32,000 nt of DNA from Pseudoalteromonas translucida KMM 520. GTDB taxonomy: Bacteria > Pseudomonadota > Gammaproteobacteria > Enterobacterales > Alteromonadaceae. The notes beneath the pieces were generated by a model. The model was not told the DNA's origin. It saw only the letters and a program-made list of their open reading frames with translations, and searched no databases. This document shows positions 27,009 through 32,000 of the stretch, one piece after another. The position numbers and the translations under genes were made by a program. The stretch's first letter is position 1, and every line of letters begins with the position of its first letter. Where the stretch lies: the NCBI RefSeq assembly GCF_001465295.1, contig NZ_CP011034.1:660001-692000 (forward strand). The letters run 5' to 3'.

Positions 27009-28259
27009 GTGGATAAAGCATTGGAGCAGGTTTACCTAGTTGGTGGTGCCGTGCGTGATTTACTGCTAAAAAGAGCATCAAATGACAACGATTATGTTGT
27101 TATTGGCGAAACGCCACAAGCAATGGAAGCGCTAGGCTTTGTGCCAATAGGTAGCGATTTTCCGGTTTACTTACACCCAAAAACCAAAGAAGAATATGCA
27201 CTTGGGCGCACTGAGCGAAAAAGTGGTAAAGGCTATACCGGTTTTGTGGTTGATGCCAGTCCAGATGTGACTCTAGAGGAAGACTTAGCCAGACGTGATT
27301 TAACCATAAACTCTATGGCGCTCGATGCTAACGACAATATAATTGACCCATTTAACGGCCAACAAGATCTTAAAGATAAAATACTGCGCCATACAACAGA
27401 TGCATTTGTAGAAGACCCTGTGCGGGTGTTGCGTATAGCTCGGTTTTTAGCCCGTTTTGGCAGCGAGTGGCGTATACATCCGAGCACTTATGCGCTAATG
27501 CAACAGCTTAAGCAGCAAGGTGAGCTTAATCATTTAGTGCCAGAGCGAGTATGGTTAGAGACCGAAAAAGCCCTGGGTGAAAAGCATCCCGAACTTTATT
27601 TTCAAGCGCTGCAAGGCTTAGGTCTATTTCCCGAGCTTGAACAAATGGTTAATGTGCCGCAACCTAAACAACATCACCCCGAGGGCGATGTGTTTGTGCA
27701 TACTATGTTAGTGCTCAGGCGTGCAGCCGACTTAAATTTTGATCTAGCAACGCGTTTTGCTGCATTAACTCACGACTTTGGTAAGGCGATCAGTTTTAAA
27801 AAACGCGGTAATTTACGTGGGCATGAACGAGATGGGGTTGCTGTAGTTGAACAGTTTTGTGAACGTTTAAAAATACCTAATTGCTTTCGCGATATAGGCG
27901 TACTTACTAGCGATAATCACACTCTTTGTCATACATTAGAGCAATTAAGGCCCGAAACGGTTCATAAGTTAATAGTGACTAATTTAAACGCCTTGGTTCA
28001 TCCACAACGTTTTATTGCTTTTACTCAAGCATGCCAATGCGATGCACAAGGGCGCGGCGAAACACTCGTAAATAAACCCTACCCGCAAGCAGCTAAGCTG
28101 CGTGCTATTCAAGCAGAACTATTAAAGCTAGATAAAAAACAAGTCGTACAAGCTGCACTTAACAGCGGCAAAAAAGGCCCAGAAATAGGCGAGGAAGTGA
28201 AACAAGCGGAAATAAACTGTGTAAAAGCATTTTTAACACGAGAAAAACAAGCACAGTAG
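27009..28259 (+). CDS. cca: Multifunctional CCA-adding / repair enzyme
   Basis: GTG 27009 lies 3 nt after GGAGG. YLVGGAVRDLLL, GRTERKSGKGYTGF and RRDLTINSMA form the nucleotidyltransferase head. An HD domain follows (HPEGDVFVHT ... LTHDFGK). 416 aa, comparable to E. coli Cca. Confidence 0.92.
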   Translation: MDKALEQVYLVGGAVRDLLLKRASNDNDYVVIGETPQAMEALGFVPIGSDFPVYLHPKTKEEYALGRTERKSGKGYTGFVVDASPDVTLEEDLARRDLTINSMALDANDNIIDPFNGQQDLKDKILRHTTDAFVEDPVRVLRIARFLARFGSEWRIHPSTYALMQQLKQQGELNHLVPERVWLETEKALGEKHPELYFQALQGLGLFPELEQMVNVPQPKQHHPEGDVFVHTMLVLRRAADLNFDLATRFAALTHDFGKAISFKKRGNLRGHERDGVAVVEQFCERLKIPNCFRDIGVLTSDNHTLCHTLEQLRPETVHKLIVTNLNALVHPQRFIAFTQACQCDAQGRGETLVNKPYPQAAKLRAIQAELLKLDKKQVVQAALNSGKKGPEIGEEVKQAEINCVKAFLTREKQAQ

Positions 28260-28283
28260 TAGGGCATTAAAAGTAATTAAATT

Positions 28284-28337
28284 AAGTAACTTGATGTGCT
28301 GTTATTTTTATTGCACTGGTGCTGCGTTACTTTTTTA
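28284..28337 (+). terminator. Possible compound terminator after cca
   Basis: aagtaac (28284-28290) pairs with gttactt (28326-28332), enclosing smaller gtgc/gcac stems, then a T6 run. Confidence 0.35.
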
Positions 28338-28591
28338 TAGTTGCGGTTTTGGCTCTGCTCGGATGCAGGTTTAGTGCTTGTTGTTGGCCTATATAATTCA
28401 AATATAAAATCTAACTCTTCTTGCTCTAATAATGGGTGCATGATTAAACCTTAGCTTAGTGTTATTAACGCTAGGTTAGGGTTTTGCCACTGAATTAAAA
28501 ATGAACAGTTACATTTTAACTCTTACTAAATTGTAACCCAAAAAAAGCCAACCCAGTGGCGAGTATTCGTTAAGTAAATTGCAATCCACTT

Positions 28592-30727
28592 TTACTTAAC
28601 TAATGGCAGGCTTACAGTAAACACTACGCCATTGTCCTGTTGGTTATTTTTAGCAGTTACACTGGCATTATGGTAGTCGCACACCAGCCTTACAATATAG
28701 AGTCCTAATCCTAAATGTGGCTGTTGCTGCATTTGCTGGCTACGCACCGACACCATAGAATCAAAAATATGCTCAGTTAAACCAGCAGGTAATAATGGAC
28801 CATAATTGCCTACGGTTAAAACTGCTACGCTGTCGTTTTGTTTTAAGCTAACATTAATTGGCTTTTCTGCGTGGCTAAATTCAATTGCATTATTAATTAA
28901 CTTATCGAGCAATTGCGCTATAAACTCTGGTGCGCCTTGCATAGGAAGCGCAGTTTGGCATATATCAAGTGTAAACAGCTGCTTAGGGTAAGTAAGCTGG
29001 TAGCCCTGCATGCAGCCATTTATTACTTTTTGTAAGTCGAATGGCTCAGGCTCATTGCTTTGAATACTTTGCTCTAAGCGAGTGGCTTCGCTCATGGTGG
29101 TAATAATTTTACCTAAGCGTTCAACGCCTTCACTGGCGCGATCTAAGTACTTTTGACTCAGCTCGCTTTGTGGTTGCATTTGCAGATTTTCGAGCGATGA
29201 GCGTACTACTGCAACAGGCGTACGCAGCTCGTGCGATAACCGCGACGACATATTTTCTAAATAGTTAGTATAGCCACCAAGGCGACTGACTATATTAGCA
29301 AAACTGCGTGATAGATCGCCAATTTCGTCATTAGCATCGCTGTAATTAATACTGCCAGTAACTCGCCCTTGTGCATCTATAGCTTGCTCTGCAGTATCGC
29401 GCAAACGCCTAATACGGCTCGATATTCGAGAGGCAAAAAAGAATAACGTTACAGTGCCAATAAGCATTACGGCTAAAATAACGTTAAACAATTTTTCGAG
29501 CGATTTATTACGCAGCGTACGTACGCCATTGGTGGTTTCCTCGGCTATTACTGCGCCAATTACTTTTTCTTGGATCCAAATAGGGTAAGCAGCCGATAAA
29601 ATTACGGCTTTACTGTCGGGGGTTAATCGCCACGATGATGCCGGCTGGCCTTTTAATGCTTTAGCTAAATGACTACCTTGCATAGCTGCTACGTCGTGCA
29701 GAGTATCTAAAAATTCGTTTTCGGGGCGTGTTAAAATTTTATAATAAAGGGGATGCAAGTAGTTTTGCTCAAACTGTTGCCACCAAGTTTCAGGAGCTTG
29801 ATTGGCAAGGCCGTCAGCCCATACTCCATCGGCATGATGAATCGAGCCCGATTGTGCTAATACTCTATGATGCTTATCGACCACCCAAATACGGCTGCCA
29901 CTGTGGCCCATGCCTTTTAAAATACGATTAATTTCGGGAGAGGGCACAAGTACTGAACCTAAATCGCTGGGGTTATTTAAGTTTGAGGTCGACATTACTT
30001 TAGGCTCAAACAAGGACTCTTTGTTATCTACATCAACAATGGCAAAGCCAAGTTTATTGCCAAGCATGCTAATAGGAAAACGCAGCTCAATATTGTAGCC
30101 AGCCGCTGTACTGCTAAAATAGCCCTGAATTTTTGTAAAGGGTGCTTTGCTATCTGCATTAAAAGCGTTTACCCAGCCATCTTGCCGCGGGGCAATAATG
30201 TAGCGGTTAAACTGCCCATCAGGTGTTTTTAAGCCAATTTTTAAATGGTCGTTATTAGTAATACTTAAACTGTTTTTTGGCCGATAAACGAGTTGGTTAT
30301 CTGTTACTTTAAACAGTGCATAAAGGTAATTATCAAACTTTCCTACCATGTGCTCAAACGACAGATCGCTGGCTTGATGCTTGTTGTCGGTTTTTTGTAA
30401 GTAGCGTTTGTCGTATTGCCAAAATAATGCCTGATAGCTCTCCCAATCTGTGAGCTTACCATCGAGTTGAATAGGATTTTTAAGGTTGTACGCGTATAGA
30501 TCGCGGCCCTTTACAACCTGATCTAAAAAACTAGTTTGCTGATCAAATAATGCAGGGCGTTCATGCAGGGCTGTGGCTAGCGCACGGGTAGTGCCTACTA
30601 AGGTTTTTTCTTGACCTTGGCGTAAAAACTTTTCCATTTCCCACACATATTCGTAGCCCAACCAGGGCAATAAAAATAAAAAGCAAGAAAGTAAAATAAA
30701 CTTACTACGTAGGCCAAATCGCAACAT
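28592..30727 (-). CDS. Sensor histidine kinase with ~400-aa periplasmic domain (possibly proteobacterial dedicated-sortase-system kinase)
   Basis: ATG 30727 overlaps the regulator stop (TAATG). It has TM1 near the N-terminus, a second TM (LFNVILAVMLIGTVTLFFFA), a HAMP domain, H-box SHELRTPVAV and G-box HLGLGLYIV. 711 aa. Confidence 0.85.
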   Translation of the reverse strand: MLRFGLRSKFILLSCFLFLLPWLGYEYVWEMEKFLRQGQEKTLVGTTRALATALHERPALFDQQTSFLDQVVKGRDLYAYNLKNPIQLDGKLTDWESYQALFWQYDKRYLQKTDNKHQASDLSFEHMVGKFDNYLYALFKVTDNQLVYRPKNSLSITNNDHLKIGLKTPDGQFNRYIIAPRQDGWVNAFNADSKAPFTKIQGYFSSTAAGYNIELRFPISMLGNKLGFAIVDVDNKESLFEPKVMSTSNLNNPSDLGSVLVPSPEINRILKGMGHSGSRIWVVDKHHRVLAQSGSIHHADGVWADGLANQAPETWWQQFEQNYLHPLYYKILTRPENEFLDTLHDVAAMQGSHLAKALKGQPASSWRLTPDSKAVILSAAYPIWIQEKVIGAVIAEETTNGVRTLRNKSLEKLFNVILAVMLIGTVTLFFFASRISSRIRRLRDTAEQAIDAQGRVTGSINYSDANDEIGDLSRSFANIVSRLGGYTNYLENMSSRLSHELRTPVAVVRSSLENLQMQPQSELSQKYLDRASEGVERLGKIITTMSEATRLEQSIQSNEPEPFDLQKVINGCMQGYQLTYPKQLFTLDICQTALPMQGAPEFIAQLLDKLINNAIEFSHAEKPINVSLKQNDSVAVLTVGNYGPLLPAGLTEHIFDSMVSVRSQQMQQQPHLGLGLYIVRLVCDYHNASVTAKNNQQDNGVVFTVSLPLVK

Positions 30728-31416
30728 TAAATTTGCTCCCACCTATAGCCCATGCCATACACTGTGTCTATGCAGTCAAAGTTACTATCGAGTGCTATAA
30801 ACTTTTTACGAATACGTTTTACGTGTGAAGTTATGGTGCTGTCGTCTACATAAATTTTTGCATCACTCATTAATTCATTACGGCTTTTAACGTGTCCGGG
30901 GCGCTGTGCGAGGGAGTGCAACATCCAAAATTCGGTTACTGTTAAATCAACTAATAGTTGTTGCCAAAACACCTGCATACGCTGCGTGTCGAGCGTTAAT
31001 GGCCCGCGAGTTATAAGTGCATTTTCGTCGGCAGGTTGTTTAAGTGCTTCCATACGACGAAATAGCGCACCAATACGCGCCGCTAAATGAGCCAAACTAA
31101 TATCTTTTGTGAGGTAGTCGTCGGCGCCCATGCGTAGGCCACACACTGTGTCTATTTCGCTATCGCGAGCGGTTAAAAAAATAATAGGCAGCGTTTTAGA
31201 CAGTGAGCGCAAAGTTTGGCACAGTAAAAAACCACCATCTATTTCATTACCTAAGCCAATATCAACAATGGCTAAATCGGGCAGTACATTTTTAAACGCC
31301 GCTTCTGCGCTACTACGGTTTGCATACCCCGTTACCTGATAACCTTGTGCGCTGAGCATTTCAGTGTAGTTTTCGCGAATGGCGGGTTCATCTTCAATGA
31401 TGGCTATTTTTTTCAT
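30727..31416 (-). CDS. OmpR/PhoB-family response regulator
   Basis: ATG 31416 (MKKIAIIEDE) follows AGAGGA; the track start at 31443 is a TTG. It has a receiver (LAIVDIGL, TARD) plus a winged helix (HVKRIRKKF ... VYGMGYRW). 229 aa. Confidence 0.88.
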   Translation of the reverse strand: MKKIAIIEDEPAIRENYTEMLSAQGYQVTGYANRSSAEAAFKNVLPDLAIVDIGLGNEIDGGFLLCQTLRSLSKTLPIIFLTARDSEIDTVCGLRMGADDYLTKDISLAHLAARIGALFRRMEALKQPADENALITRGPLTLDTQRMQVFWQQLLVDLTVTEFWMLHSLAQRPGHVKSRNELMSDAKIYVDDSTITSHVKRIRKKFIALDSNFDCIDTVYGMGYRWEQI

Positions 31417-31499
31417 TTCTGGGTTTATCCTCTTTATTACCAACGCACTATAACGAAGTTTTTAAGCTAAGTACGCTTAAAAAGGCAATTGCCTTTTTT

Positions 31500-31548
31500 T
31501 TGCCACAATTGCTCAGTGGTTTGCCATTTTTGATCCCCTTTGTTGCCA
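31500..31548. promoter_or_regulatory. Three phased TTGCCA direct repeats in the divergent promoter region
   Basis: TTGCCA occurs at 31500-31505, 31521-31526 and 31543-31548, spaced 21 and 22 bp apart, between the regulator gene and the plus-strand gene. Confidence 0.4.
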
Positions 31549-31618
31549 CTTGAGCTTGTTTTAATACACCCATCAAAACAAAACATCACAAATTAAAAAG
31601 TAAGTTTAAGGATCAATC

Positions 31619-32000
31619 ATGAAGAAGACATTAATAGCGCTAACCCTAGCGGGCGTTTTTTGCGGCCCCGCATTGGCATCAACCTCTAATAATACGGCTA
31701 CAAAAGAAGCGCACACCGAAACCGCAATAGGCTTAGGAGCGGGCGCTATTATAGGTGGTGTAGTAGGCGGCCCAATTGGTGCTTTTGTGGGAGCATTTGC
31801 TGGTGGTTTAATAGGCGATGCAAAAGTTGCTGATAACAAAATTGCCGAGCAACAGCGTGCAATAACTGTAATGACAGAAAAAACCAACGACTACCAACAC
31901 CTACTTAGCCATAACAGCCAGTTAGAGCAACAAATCGAAGTGCTTGCTAATCAAAATGAGCAGTTAACACAATCGCAAATTAATAATTTACTTGCCATGA
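31619..32000 (+). CDS. Secreted glycine-zipper / coiled-coil protein; 3' end outside window
   Basis: ATG 31619 follows AAGGA (31608-31612) and the frame stays open to the window end, which is why it is missing from the track. The product reads MKKTLIALTLAGVFCGPALA (signal peptide), then GLGAGAIIGGVVGGPIGAFVGAFAGGLIG (glycine zipper), then a Gln-rich heptad region. Confidence 0.75.
   Translation, partial: MKKTLIALTLAGVFCGPALASTSNNTATKEAHTETAIGLGAGAIIGGVVGGPIGAFVGAFAGGLIGDAKVADNKIAEQQRAITVMTEKTNDYQHLLSHNSQLEQQIEVLANQNEQLTQSQINNLLAM

Noticed and set aside
28283-28441. 53-aa minus-strand ORF (MHPLLEQEELDFIFELYRP...) with an AAGG 7 nt upstream
   Set aside because: It is below the track threshold and has no recognisable family. 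Its 3' half overlaps the terminator-like structure following cca. It is possibly a real small protein, but there is not enough support to call it.
31606-31887. 93-aa minus-strand ORF rich in Pro/Ala/Ile
   Set aside because: It is the antisense shadow of the plus-strand glycine-zipper gene (GGx codons read as xCC on the other strand). The plus-strand ORF has an RBS, a signal peptide and stays open to the window end.

Overview
AT-rich gammaproteobacterial chromosomal segment. Protein sequences and gene order look Alteromonadales/Pseudoalteromonas-like, which is an inference. No rRNA, tRNA or CRISPR array was seen.

**Core part, 1-16.8 kb.** It holds a 5'-truncated K+-channel/solute-binding fusion gene, epd-pgk-fba, a ~560-bp non-coding spacer, phoB-phoR and a stand-alone pstS. 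On the minus strand comes a small Cys-rich lipoprotein gene and then the E. coli-like block panC-panB-folK-pcnB-gluQ-dksA-sfsA. pepB and a phosphoribosyltransferase gene follow.

**More accessory part, 16.8-32 kb.** In order:
- a solo TnpB (IS200/IS605-family, no tnpA) element
- a Crp/Fnr-type regulator, a small membrane protein and a secreted amidohydrolase
- four tandem genes for small secreted two-EF-hand proteins
- a divergent glrK(qseE)-lipoprotein-glrR(qseF)-type sigma54 two-component operon plus a DUF1543 gene
- cca
- a large-periplasmic-domain histidine kinase with an OmpR-type regulator
- the start of a glycine-zipper/coiled-coil secreted protein

**Best candidates for something not yet described:**
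1. The fba-phoB spacer carries 11 GATC sites in 393 bp. It also has an 18-bp motif, GATCA-N5-TTACTAA(C/G), present as three direct copies at exactly 31-bp phasing plus one inverted copy. No annotated feature explains this.
2. The GlrK/GlrR-type sigma54 system lies back-to-back with a candidate sigma54 promoter that would drive the EF-hand gene array. That would be a non-GlmY output for this system.
3. The TnpB gene has an intact RuvC triad and a structured 3' region that could encode its omega RNA.

All functional assignments rest on reading the translated ORFs and motifs by eye. No database search was run.
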